DNA of 64,000 bases from a virus. Below the pieces are notes generated by a model. The model was given only the letters and a program-made list of their open reading frames with translations, searched no databases and was not told where the DNA came from. Of the stretch, positions 46,947 through 55,813 are shown one piece after another. The stretch spans positions 35,862-99,861 of IMG/VR virus record IMGVR_UViG_3300050821_016057; one strand, 5' to 3'. The position numbers and the translations under genes were made by a program. The first letter of the stretch is position 1. Every line of letters starts with the position of its first letter.

Positions 46947-47426
46947 ATGGGCGAGTTCAACGAGGACGAGCACCCGCGCGACGCCGGCCGGTTCACCGCG
47001 AAGGGCGGTGGGCAGCACGTGCGGGGGGCCGAGCGGGCCGCGTCCCTGAAGGTCCAGGCGGGCGAGCACCGCGAGCAGGCGGGCAAGCTGCGGTCGGCCG
47101 CCCGGGCGCACCGGGAGGCGGCCAAGAAGGCCACCGACCCGGCCCAGCGGGGCGAGCACCAGGCGCGGGCCAACCAACATGACGAGCGGGCGGCCCGGCA
47201 CGAGCAGGAGGCGGCCCGGCACGAGGGGGCGGCATCCGCGCACGGCCGGCCGAGCGCGTCCCGGGAGCCGCGGGAGCGCCGGGAGCGGGGCGAGAAGGGG
47301 GAGAAGGGCGAGGGGTTGGCCCGGTGGGCGGCCGAGAAGCTGGAGGGGGCCAAGGAGGGGGTGGAGCGGGCTGGCGAGCGGGTGAACGCCCTGGAGGAGG
47401 AACAGCTGAGGGAGGGGGGCCGGTGA
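46947..47426 (+). CDS. Ala/His-rich protein with EHPRDAGRF motif
   Basis: Motifs shared with 19742. Confidence 0.65.
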   Translation: MGEFNEDEHPRDAGRFTAKGGGQHVRGAERAASLKVQAGEHREQAGKLRSAARAHREAAKKATDPAQRGEHQARANQHDERAARHEQEAARHEGAASAHGRPSASREPRERRERGEKGEKGEGLARWAAEKLEGAKEGVERAGERVNALEEEQLREGGR

Positions 47427-47911
47427 GCAACGGGCTGTCGGAGTGGAGCGGGAGGAGGGGCCCGGACGTCAGGCAGGCGATGATCCGGTTGGAGTCGCTC
47501 CCGCAGGCCCGGCACGGGGTGAGGCCGCCTCCCCCGCTGGTCGTGGACCAGAAGGACCGGTACCACCAGGCGTGCGCGCGGGCCGGCAACGGCGGGCACC
47601 TGTCGCCCGAGATCAAGCGGGCGCCGATCGAGGTCGTGCAGCTGGACGGGGTGCACACCATCCAGGGCTCGGTCAACCCGACCCGTGTGCTCCAGTACCT
47701 GCGCGACCCCGAGCTGACCCCGCGCGACGCGGTGGGGCCGCACGGCGGGCCGGTCGGCTACCCGATCGTCGTCCGGGCCGGCGGCATCCGGTGGCTGCAC
47801 GACGGGCACCACCGGGTGGTGGCCAACCTGCTCCGGGGCGAGCGGTCCATCCGGGCCCGGTACCTGGACCTGGACGCCCGCACCCCAAACCCGGGTTTGG
47901 GAGTCCGATGA
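47423..47911 (+). CDS. ParB/Srx-like domain protein
   Basis: PIVVR...LHDGHHRVVA. Confidence 0.65.
   Translation: MSNGLSEWSGRRGPDVRQAMIRLESLPQARHGVRPPPPLVVDQKDRYHQACARAGNGGHLSPEIKRAPIEVVQLDGVHTIQGSVNPTRVLQYLRDPELTPRDAVGPHGGPVGYPIVVRAGGIRWLHDGHHRVVANLLRGERSIRARYLDLDARTPNPGLGVR
47884..47901. repeat. 18-bp palindrome copy 13
   Basis: Exact match at the gene 3' end. Confidence 0.95.
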
Positions 47912-48144
47912 AGGACGACATCCGCCCCCGCGGGACCGTACAAGTCCAGTGCCACAAGTGCACCTGGCACTTCTGGGTGGGCGCTCTTGATGCGCGCTTG
48001 CCTGATGGACCCTTCGAGTGCGACTCGTGTGAGAAGGGCCTCGTGTTCCACGCCCAATGCTTGGACTGCAAGGCGAAGGCAGCCGCGGGGCTCATCCCCG
48101 GGGGACCGGACAGCAAGTGCGCCTGTGAGGAGAAAGCGTCATGA
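47908..48144 (+). CDS. Small Cys-rich protein
   Basis: CHKC, CDSC, CLDC. Confidence 0.55.
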   Translation: MKDDIRPRGTVQVQCHKCTWHFWVGALDARLPDGPFECDSCEKGLVFHAQCLDCKAKAAAGLIPGGPDSKCACEEKAS

Positions 48145-48183
48145 CCCAGCCTACAACCAGCTACACCACAACCGAGTGGCAGC

Positions 48184-48213
48184 CGAAACCAAGCCAGGAC
48201 GGCCGGTAGGTGG
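48184..48213 (+). repeat. 30-bp inverted repeat, left arm
   Basis: Exact reverse complement of 49529-49558. Confidence 0.9.
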
Positions 48214-48215
48214 AC

Positions 48216-48233
48216 CCCAAACCCGGGTTTGGG
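48216..48233. repeat. 18-bp palindrome copy 14
   Basis: Exact match; 19 bp upstream of a -35 box. Confidence 0.95.
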
Positions 48234-48242
48234 GGCCGGCGG

Positions 48243-48287
48243 ATAAAAAGACTTGCACAACCGACTCGAGTAGGGGATAACAAGGTT
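48243..48287 (+). promoter_or_regulatory. Sigma70-type early promoter 2
   Basis: ATAAAAAGAC-TTGCAC-N17-GATAAC-AAGGTT. Confidence 0.8.
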
Positions 48288-48318
48288 GCGGCGCTGAGGC
48301 GCCCGGGAGGATGTCCAG

Positions 48319-48540
48319 ATGACCGGTGGGGAAGTGCGCGAGGAGTTGAACGGTTGCCGTAACCTGCTGACGACGGCGATCCGCATCTACGGGGAACCGG
48401 GGTTCGAGGAGCACGTGCAGGAGGCGGCGACCCGCCTCCAGGAGCTGCTCCGCCACATCCGGGCCGAGCAGGCCGCCGTCAACGCGGCGGGTGCGGCCGG
48501 GGCCATCGAGGCGCTGGACCGGATCGGGGGTGGGAGGTGA
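48319..48540 (+). CDS. Hypothetical protein
   Basis: GGAGG RBS. Confidence 0.65.
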   Translation: MTGGEVREELNGCRNLLTTAIRIYGEPGFEEHVQEAATRLQELLRHIRAEQAAVNAAGAAGAIEALDRIGGGR

Positions 48541-49127
48541 GCGGCTACGAGGCGGCACCCGCCACCCTGCTGCTCGCCACCCACTGCTGCGCGTGCGGCC
48601 GCCCGCTCGTGGACGCCGACTCGGTCGAGGCCGGGATGGGACCGGACTGCCGCGCGAAGCACGGGTACGGGGTCCCGCAGGGGGAGCCCGACTTCTCGGC
48701 CGCCATGCGGGCGCTGGCCGCGCTGGAGCCGGACGGGGTGCCGGTCGCGTGGACGGTCGAGCTGGGGGCGCGCGAGCTGGCCAACAAGCTGGTCCACCGG
48801 GTGGCGACCAACCGGGACGACCTGGCGGGCCGGACCGCGCTCTGCATCGCGGTCAGCTGCCTGGGGTTCACGACCCTGGCGGGCCGGCTGCTCAGCCGGT
48901 CCAACGGGGTGACGGTCACCGAGGAGGGGGGGATGCTGACCGTGCGGGCGCCGTTCAACCCAACCTTCAACGAGGCGGTCCGGCGGGTGCCTGGGCAGCG
49001 TTGGGTGGCGGAGGCGAAGGCGCGCCGGGTCCCGGCGACCAGCCGCCGGCAGCTCTGGGAGGCGCTCAAGGCCAGCTTCCCGGCCGGCACCCCGGTGGTG
49101 GGCTCGCGAGGGGCGGTGTCGCTGTGA
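48537..49127 (+). CDS. DUF6011-like Zn-finger protein with HARP-like C-terminal domain
   Basis: CACGRPLVDADSVEAGMGPDC; PFNPTFNEAVRRVPGQRW. Confidence 0.6.
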   Translation: MSGYEAAPATLLLATHCCACGRPLVDADSVEAGMGPDCRAKHGYGVPQGEPDFSAAMRALAALEPDGVPVAWTVELGARELANKLVHRVATNRDDLAGRTALCIAVSCLGFTTLAGRLLSRSNGVTVTEEGGMLTVRAPFNPTFNEAVRRVPGQRWVAEAKARRVPATSRRQLWEALKASFPAGTPVVGSRGAVSL

Positions 49128-49701
49128 GCGACAAGGAGCTGGCCCGGCAGGAGCTGCTGAAGTGCGTGACCCTGCTCAGGTCGAAGGAGCTGAGCGCCGA
49201 CGTCCTGGACACGTTCCTGGACGCGGTGGCCGAGTACCTGGAGGCCGACGCGCCGCCCGCCCGGGTGTCGTCGTGATCACCCTGTACGCGGCCGTGGACG
49301 TGGCGGCCGGGCGGGTGTGGGGGATCGGGACGTGCGAGTACCGGGCCGCCCTGGACGCGGCCGAGCAGATGGACGGGCACCGGTCGTCCCCGCCGCCGCT
49401 CGAGTTCTTCGTCGTCACGGTCGCGGAGGCCCGGGCGATCGCCGGGGGGTCGGTCCACTGGCCCCGCCGCCTGCCGACGTTGACCCGGGGCGCGCCCGCC
49501 GCCCCCGGCCCACCCGAGGGGCAGCTGCCCACCTACCGGCCGTCCTGGCTTGGTTTCGCGCCGGCCTCGTGCGGGCCGATGACCCTGCCGCAGGTGCTGG
49601 AGCGGTGCGGGGAGCACGGGGTGGACGCGGAGCTGTACGACGAGCGCGGGGAGCTGGTCGGGCACGCGCGGGCGAACGGCGACTGGAGGATGGGCTCGTG
49701 A
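49124..49701 (+). other. Two hypothetical CDS (49124-49276, 49273-49701)
   Basis: GTGA coupling. Confidence 0.55.
49529..49558 (-). repeat. 30-bp inverted repeat, right arm
   Basis: Inside CDS 49273-49701. Confidence 0.9.
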
Positions 49702-50423
49702 GGGTGAAGATGGACGACCGGGAGATCCCGCTGGAGCCCGGCGAGGTGTCGGCCAGGGCCCCCGGGTTCGCGTGCCCGCACTGCGGGGGGGAGTTGGTCG
49801 TCCAGGGGAGGAACACGCGGGACAGCCAGGACGACCGCGCGCTCGAGGCCGACGCCTACACGGCGTGCTGCGGGCAGGTCGGCATGGCAGCTCAAGTTAC
49901 CCTTCTGAAAAGTCGGTGGCAGTTGTCCAGTAGTTCGGACCGTCGAGCGCTGGATGTGGTCGACGGTACGGGGCCACATGAGGGACTCGGGCCGCACTAC
50001 TCTCGGCGCACGCCGGGCTCCAAGACGTTCACGGGCGTGGGTCGAGAAATCGTCCTCGTGACCGACGACGGCAAAGCCGTGTGGGCATGCATCTACCAGC
50101 GCACACCGTCCGCTCGCGGTACGGGTGGTAGCCGCGGGCGCACCGGCATCGCGGACGCAAAGCCTCGTTACCTCTGGCGAAACATGATGTTTCGCAACCT
50201 TGGCGCAGGCCTGAGCTCGTGGTTGATCCAAGACGCGACCGAGGAGACTTACCGCCAGTGGATCGCCCGCTATGGCGCTCTGCCGCCGGAGAGACTCCGA
50301 ACCGAGATCGGCGTGAAGTCGGTCCAGTCGAAGAACCCCGGATACTGCTACGAGCGGGCAGGATGGGAGCGCGGAGAGACTCGCAACGGAAAGCTCTTCT
50401 ACTGGGCACCGGAGAGGGCCTGA
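49698..50423 (+). CDS. Chimeric ORF: Zn-ribbon N-terminus fused to a lower-GC Mom/GNAT-like protein (from ~49884)
   Basis: HYSRR.PG, FRNLG..LSS.LI, NPGYCY..AGW; family call is from memory. Confidence 0.5.
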   Translation: MRVKMDDREIPLEPGEVSARAPGFACPHCGGELVVQGRNTRDSQDDRALEADAYTACCGQVGMAAQVTLLKSRWQLSSSSDRRALDVVDGTGPHEGLGPHYSRRTPGSKTFTGVGREIVLVTDDGKAVWACIYQRTPSARGTGGSRGRTGIADAKPRYLWRNMMFRNLGAGLSSWLIQDATEETYRQWIARYGALPPERLRTEIGVKSVQSKNPGYCYERAGWERGETRNGKLFYWAPERA

Positions 50424-50426
50424 GCC

Positions 50427-50549
50427 ATGACTACCGATCTCCCCTTCCCGAAGAGCCTCCCCGACTTTCAGCGCCTCTTCCCGGATGACACGATCTTCGG
50501 CCTGCGCGAGGACCGGGCGGTCCTGCAAGGTCGGTGCAGGGTCTACTAG
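50427..50549 (+). pseudogene. IS1595-family transposase N-terminal remnant
   Basis: MTTDLPFPKSLPDFQRLFPDD, followed by unrelated high-GC codons. Confidence 0.6.
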
Positions 50550-50589
50550 GAAGTCGCGCGCCACCCGCCCCTGGCTTATCTTCGGGGGC

Positions 50590-52485
50590 ATGAGCACCCC
50601 CGTCATCGTCGTCCCCACCACGTTCGACATGTGGACGGCCGCCCGGGCGGCCCGCTCCTGCGGGCACCCGCCCCCCCAGCGGCTGGTCGAGCCGCTCCGG
50701 TTCTTCCGCGGCGACACCGCGCAGGTGCCGTTCCAGGTGGTGAACGCGCTCAACGGCGGGCCGCTGAACGTGTCCGGCTGGACGTTCTGGCTGACGGCCA
50801 AGTACGCGGTCCCCAACCCGGACGCGCGCGCGCCGGTGGCGATCGACAACATCGCGGGCGGGCGGGGCGGGGTGACGGTCCTGGACGCGCCGACCGGGAT
50901 GGTGGTGGGGGTGATCCCGGCGCTGGCCACGCGCGGGTTCGCGGACGGGCCGACCGCGCTCGAGTACGACGTCCAGGGGCAGGACGGCTCCGGGGTGGTG
51001 ACCACGCTCCAGCGGGGGGTGATGGTGTTCGAGCCCGACGTGACCCGGGCGGTCGCGCCCGAGCCCTACACCCCCCCGCCGTGCCCGACCCCCTACCAGC
51101 CGCCGTGCCCGCCCGCGCCCCCGAGGTTCCGGCCGATCAGCCAGGTGACCTGGTGGGTGGACCCGGTGGGCGGCAACGACCTGGCGGACGGGCTGACGAG
51201 CCGCACCCCGATCAAGACGTGGACGAGCAAGCCGGACGGGACCCCGGGCTGCTACGTGAGCCGGACCGGCCCCGACCCGTTCATCAACCAGCCGGTCAAC
51301 TACTACCTGATGGGCGACCTGCCGGTGACCGACCAGATGTCGCTGCTGGGCGTGATGGGGCCGGGCGGGCAGGTCCTGGTGCACGGGGTGCCGGGCGTGA
51401 AGCGGACTGGCACGCTCGGGACGGTGATGCAGCGCGACCCGTCCACCAACACGCGCGACCAGCTGACCGACGCCAACGGGGCGGTCGACTGGACGGGGGA
51501 CGTGGGGCTGCTGGTGGAGGTGCAGGCGTCGACCGTGCGCTCGTTCGAGGGGCAGAGCGTGTCGGGCCCGACCAGGGGGTGGATCGCGAAGGCCGAGCTG
51601 GGGCCCAACCTGGCCGACATGTCGGTCATGTGCTCGAGCGCGTACACGCCGTTCACCCCGTACCAGGGCCCGCTGCCAGGCCCGTTCGAGGCGGGCGACA
51701 GCTACTCGGTGCTGGTCCTGCCCAAGGTGTACAACCTCGTCGTGGACCCGAGGCTCGGCCTGAACAACGTGTCGGGCCCCAACTTCGCCGAGCTGGTCGA
51801 CTTCCAGGGGAGCTCGACCGCCGGGTTCCAGGTCATGAGCGCCATCCAGGACTGGGCGTTCAGCGACTGCAACACCAACTTCCTGTTCGCGCAGGGCGGG
51901 TACTTCTGGGACTGCCAGTTCACGAGCGGGTTCGTCTGGGAGATGCAGGTCACGACGACGTTCGGGCTCGTCCCGGCCGGTGGGTTCTGCCTGTCGGACG
52001 GCGGCGTGCTCTTCACCTACGGGCTGATGCTCCAGGGGCCGGGCACGCAGATCTCGTGCGACGGCGCGGGCGGCAACGGCGAGCTGGCGTGGATCCAGAA
52101 CCACCACCAGAGCTACGGGCTGGGCATCTACGACTGCGACACCCCGCTCATCCTCGGGGCCGGCTCGATGCTGGGGTGCGAGGCCTCCCTGTACGGGACG
52201 GGCATCACCACGTGCGTGATCAACCTCGCCCAGGGAGGGGCGGTCTACGACGCGGACGCGTACACGATCGGCCGGCCGTACTGCGTGGCCACCGGGGCCC
52301 CGAGCGACATCATCATCAACAACCAGACCTCGCTGCCGGCGATGGACCCGACCACGTACGCGCTGACGGGCCTGCGCGCGCTCACGTTCGCCAACCTGTT
52401 CAGGACCGTGGTGGCGGGGGGGTTCGAGGGGGTGGCGTTCGACCCCCGGAGCCCGGGCACCCGGTACGAGTTCGCCCACCCGTAG
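50590..52485 (+). CDS. Tail spike/fibre protein with BppU-like N-terminal domain
   Basis: RGDT..F.V, YDVQ...TL..G...EPDVT; Pro linker; WVDPVGGNDLADGL...PIKT. Confidence 0.7.
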   Translation: MSTPVIVVPTTFDMWTAARAARSCGHPPPQRLVEPLRFFRGDTAQVPFQVVNALNGGPLNVSGWTFWLTAKYAVPNPDARAPVAIDNIAGGRGGVTVLDAPTGMVVGVIPALATRGFADGPTALEYDVQGQDGSGVVTTLQRGVMVFEPDVTRAVAPEPYTPPPCPTPYQPPCPPAPPRFRPISQVTWWVDPVGGNDLADGLTSRTPIKTWTSKPDGTPGCYVSRTGPDPFINQPVNYYLMGDLPVTDQMSLLGVMGPGGQVLVHGVPGVKRTGTLGTVMQRDPSTNTRDQLTDANGAVDWTGDVGLLVEVQASTVRSFEGQSVSGPTRGWIAKAELGPNLADMSVMCSSAYTPFTPYQGPLPGPFEAGDSYSVLVLPKVYNLVVDPRLGLNNVSGPNFAELVDFQGSSTAGFQVMSAIQDWAFSDCNTNFLFAQGGYFWDCQFTSGFVWEMQVTTTFGLVPAGGFCLSDGGVLFTYGLMLQGPGTQISCDGAGGNGELAWIQNHHQSYGLGIYDCDTPLILGAGSMLGCEASLYGTGITTCVINLAQGGAVYDADAYTIGRPYCVATGAPSDIIINNQTSLPAMDPTTYALTGLRALTFANLFRTVVAGGFEGVAFDPRSPGTRYEFAHP

Positions 52486-52520
52486 TGGACGGTCGCCCGG
52501 GGGGCCGTTAGCCTCCCAGC

Positions 52521-53282
52521 ATGACCACCCCCACCACGCTCTCCAACTCAGGCGGCCGCCAACTCTCCTTCGTGCTCTGCGACCAGTCCACGCTCGCGGA
52601 CGCGTCGCACGGGGGGCCACTCACCCCGGCCGTCCTCCAGACGATCTGCGACGCGGTGAGCGAGCAGATGAACGGCGAGTTCCGGACCGAGTGGGGGGGC
52701 ACGTACAGCTTCCGGGTCGGGAAGGGCGACGCCAGCGACGTGCAACCCAACGAGGTCGCGTGCGTCATCAAGGACTCGCTAAAAGAAGCGCCGGGCGCGG
52801 CCGCCTACCACACCACCCTGCCCAACGGCGCACCGGTCTGCTACTTCGCCCGCGAGGACTACACGAGCCACCTGGACGGCTCGGAGTCGCTCTGCAACGA
52901 CGTCAGCCACGAGTGCTGCGAGACCGCGGGCGACCCCGGGGGCAACCGGTGGTCCGACCAGGCCAGCGGGCAGTCCGAGAAGGCGCTGGAGACGTGCGAC
53001 CAGGTGCAGAACAGCAACTACCGGGCGTGCAACGGGGCCACGGTCAGCAACTGGCTGCTCCAGTCGGCGTTCGACCCGGGCGCGGCCGGCCCGTGGGACT
53101 ACCTGAAGGTGATGACCAGCCAGGACGACTACAGCCAGGGCTACATGATCACCCGGGTGGTCGACCAGCAGGCGGCCGACCAGCAGCCGGGCTCGAGGGG
53201 TCGGAGGATCGTCGTGCTGGGCGCGCCCCGCCCCAGGCAGAAGAACGCCCACCACTCGCGCGCGGGCCGGCGTCTCGCGTGA
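52521..53282 (+). CDS. Zincin-like putative metalloprotease (HExxE)
   Basis: AAYH, SHECCETAGDP, ETCDQVQ, VSNW. Confidence 0.55.
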   Translation: MTTPTTLSNSGGRQLSFVLCDQSTLADASHGGPLTPAVLQTICDAVSEQMNGEFRTEWGGTYSFRVGKGDASDVQPNEVACVIKDSLKEAPGAAAYHTTLPNGAPVCYFAREDYTSHLDGSESLCNDVSHECCETAGDPGGNRWSDQASGQSEKALETCDQVQNSNYRACNGATVSNWLLQSAFDPGAAGPWDYLKVMTSQDDYSQGYMITRVVDQQAADQQPGSRGRRIVVLGAPRPRQKNAHHSRAGRRLA

Positions 53283-53563
53283 GCACCTACCGGGTCCTCG
53301 TGCTGGCGCTCGCGCTGACCGGGCTGGGTGTGTGCCTGGTGCTCGGGATGACGACGTGCCTGACCGGGTGCTCGAAAGGCACCCACCTGGCGCCGGTCGA
53401 CCAGCAGCTCGTGGTCGGGGCCATGCGGGCCAACGCGTTCGGGGTGACCCGGCTCGACGGGGGCAGCCCGTCGGCCAACCGGGCGCTCGACCGGAGCAGC
53501 TGCGGCAACTTGACCATCGTGATGAGGCACGCCGGTGCGGACGCGGGGCTGCAGTGCCCCTGA
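53279..53563 (+). CDS. Small lipoprotein (possibly lysis related)
   Basis: Hydrophobic N-terminus + LTGC lipobox. Confidence 0.5.
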   Translation: MSTYRVLVLALALTGLGVCLVLGMTTCLTGCSKGTHLAPVDQQLVVGAMRANAFGVTRLDGGSPSANRALDRSSCGNLTIVMRHAGADAGLQCP

Positions 53564-53826
53564 GCGAGCAGGTGGACGAGGACGCGATGGTGATGCTGGT
53601 CCAGGCGGGCCCGCTCCAGACCCCGCAGGGGGTGGCGGACTTCCTGGACGGGACCGACGAGGAGCGGGCGCTCATCATCAGCAACTGCCAGCTGCAGGGG
53701 GTGGCGCCGACCTCGTCCAGCTGGGACCAGTTCCTGGCCGTGATGGGGGCGGTCCTGAGCGTGGCCGGGGCGGTCACGGGCATCACCAGCGCGATCACGG
53801 GCGCGTACGCGCTGAAGTCGCTATGA
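53554..53826 (+). CDS. Small membrane protein (holin candidate)
   Basis: C-terminal hydrophobic segment; directly before the muramidase. Confidence 0.4.
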   Translation: MPLSEQVDEDAMVMLVQAGPLQTPQGVADFLDGTDEERALIISNCQLQGVAPTSSSWDQFLAVMGAVLSVAGAVTGITSAITGAYALKSL

Positions 53827-54422
53827 GGGCCGCGACCGCCACCGTGGGCGCGAGGGTGGTGGACTGCGTGACCCTGCTGACCAACGGGGTGGCGACCGCA
53901 ATGAGCGACTCCGGGGTGGACGGGGCGTTCCAATACTTGGGCAGCGTGACCCCGACCAGCCTGGCCGGGCTGATGGTGGCCGGGCTGGCGTTCATGCCGG
54001 TCACGTACGCGGACCGGTTCGACGGGGCGTCGACGGTGGCGGAGCTGCGCGTGCTGTCGATCCCGCGCGGGGTGACGGTCTGGCTGGACGTCGAGGGGGT
54101 GACGGGCGTCTCGTCGGTCAGCCTGATCCAGCAGATCAACGACTGGGCGCAGGCCGTGCTCGCCGCCGGCTGGGAGCCCGGGCTGTACGTGGGCGCCGGC
54201 TCGGTCCTGACGAGCGCGGAGCTGTACCAGCTGAAGGTGGTCCGGTACTGGCACGGCATGAGCCGCGTGGTGGACCGGAACGGGGAGGTGGCCGAGCCGA
54301 TGTGCGGGTGGTGCTGCCACCAGCTGTTCGACACCCAGCAGCTGGCCGGGGTGCCGGTCGACTACAACTTCGTCCAGAAGGACTGGAGCGGGCGCCTGCC
54401 CACCTGGGCGGTGGCCGGCTGA
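53823..54422 (+). CDS. DUF1906/GH25-like peptidoglycan hydrolase (endolysin candidate)
   Basis: GVDGAFQYL, TVWLDVEG, GWEPGLYVG, VDYN. Confidence 0.75.
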   Translation: MRAATATVGARVVDCVTLLTNGVATAMSDSGVDGAFQYLGSVTPTSLAGLMVAGLAFMPVTYADRFDGASTVAELRVLSIPRGVTVWLDVEGVTGVSSVSLIQQINDWAQAVLAAGWEPGLYVGAGSVLTSAELYQLKVVRYWHGMSRVVDRNGEVAEPMCGWCCHQLFDTQQLAGVPVDYNFVQKDWSGRLPTWAVAG

Positions 54423-54462
54423 CTTACTCGCCGGGCGGTCGGGTTGTGTGTACGGTTCGGGG

Positions 54463-55146
54463 ATGTCCGCACTCATCCTGATCAACACGACGACCGTCAT
54501 GGTCAGCGGCGCCTCGAGCAAGCGGTTCCCTGGCGAGACCGTGACCGACCCGGCCCTCCAGTCGACGATCGCCGCCTCGGGCGGGCAGCTGGTCGCGCCG
54601 AGCGCGGGGCTGACGGCGGCGGCCGCCCTGGCGACCAAGCTGCGCACGCAGGGGGCGGACGAGACCCAGCTGCTCTCGGTGATGCTGGCCGCCTACACGG
54701 CCTACGTGGCCACGCTGGCGGCGGCCGAGACGGCGGCCGCGGTCGCGTACGTGGACGGGGCGCCCGCGTTCGGGTCGACCAACGTCCAGGGGGCGCTGGA
54801 CGCGGTCAAGGCCGACCTGACCGCCATCGACAGCTCGGTCACGACGATCGAGGGGGACATCACGGCCATCGACGCCAACATCGCCGCCCTGCCCACCTTC
54901 CAGAGCGGGGGCGGGACGCTGACCTCGGGGGCCAGCGGGAACATCGCCGCCACCATCACCGCGTCCTCCCGGATCGTCGTCACCCGCACGGCCGTCAACG
55001 CGTCGACCGCGCTGGGCGAGCTGGCGGTGACGAACAAGAGCGTGGGGGCGCCCGGCCACTTCGTGGTGGACGCGCTCACCCCGGCCACGCCCGGCACCCC
55101 GCTGGCGTCGGACGTGTCGTCGTTCGACTGGGTGGTCATGGACTGA
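54463..55146 (+). CDS. Putative virion fibre/decoration protein
   Basis: STNVQGALD fibre motif, short coiled coil, ITASSRIVVT. Confidence 0.65.
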   Translation: MSALILINTTTVMVSGASSKRFPGETVTDPALQSTIAASGGQLVAPSAGLTAAAALATKLRTQGADETQLLSVMLAAYTAYVATLAAAETAAAVAYVDGAPAFGSTNVQGALDAVKADLTAIDSSVTTIEGDITAIDANIAALPTFQSGGGTLTSGASGNIAATITASSRIVVTRTAVNASTALGELAVTNKSVGAPGHFVVDALTPATPGTPLASDVSSFDWVVMD

Positions 55147-55149
55147 GGA

Positions 55150-55167
55150 CCCAAACCCGGGTTTGGG
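55150..55167. repeat. 18-bp palindrome copy 15
   Basis: Exact match. Confidence 0.95.
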
Positions 55168-55208
55168 AGGATTGTGGACAGGGGCCGGGCCGCGCGTAGG
55201 CTGAGCCC

Positions 55209-55813
55209 ATGAAGACCAGCCACTCGAGCCTCGGGCCGATCCCCTGCCACGGGTGCCAGGAGTTCACCCCCGTCTCGACCAAGTTCGGGGTCCCGATCGC
55301 CTGCAAGTGCGGGGTCCAGCACTCGGCCGTCGAGGTGATCGTGGCGTCGGGCGAGGACCTGCCCAAGCCGCCGGCCGAGCTGACCGAGGCGGACGTGGCC
55401 AAGATGTCGCCGGCCGAGATCCTGCGCCGGCTCCACATGGGCGGCAGCGCGGCGTTCGCGGCGGGGATCAAGTGACCCAGCCGGCGGGCCGCATCGTCGA
55501 GATGGCGGTGAACATGAACCCGACCGGGTTCCTGAAGACCGTCCTGGACGAGACCAAGGAGCGGGTGTTGGCCCACGGGGCCGTCCACCCGGACCGGCCG
55601 CGCATCGGCACGGGCGCGATCGAGCTAAGGGTCGCGAAGGCGCCACCCCACATGGGGATGCCGCAGGGCTGGTACTGCTGGGGGGTGGTGGAGAACTACC
55701 CGTCCGGCCACCAGGAGATCCTGATCGGCGGGGGCAAGCCCACGGTCGTTGAGGCGTCGGTCGAGGGTTCGGCCGCGCTCGAGTCACTCCTGAACACGAG
55801 AGGTGGTCGCTAA
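55209..55813 (+). other. Two hypothetical CDS (55209-55475, 55472-55813)
   Basis: Leaderless start and coupling. Confidence 0.55.
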
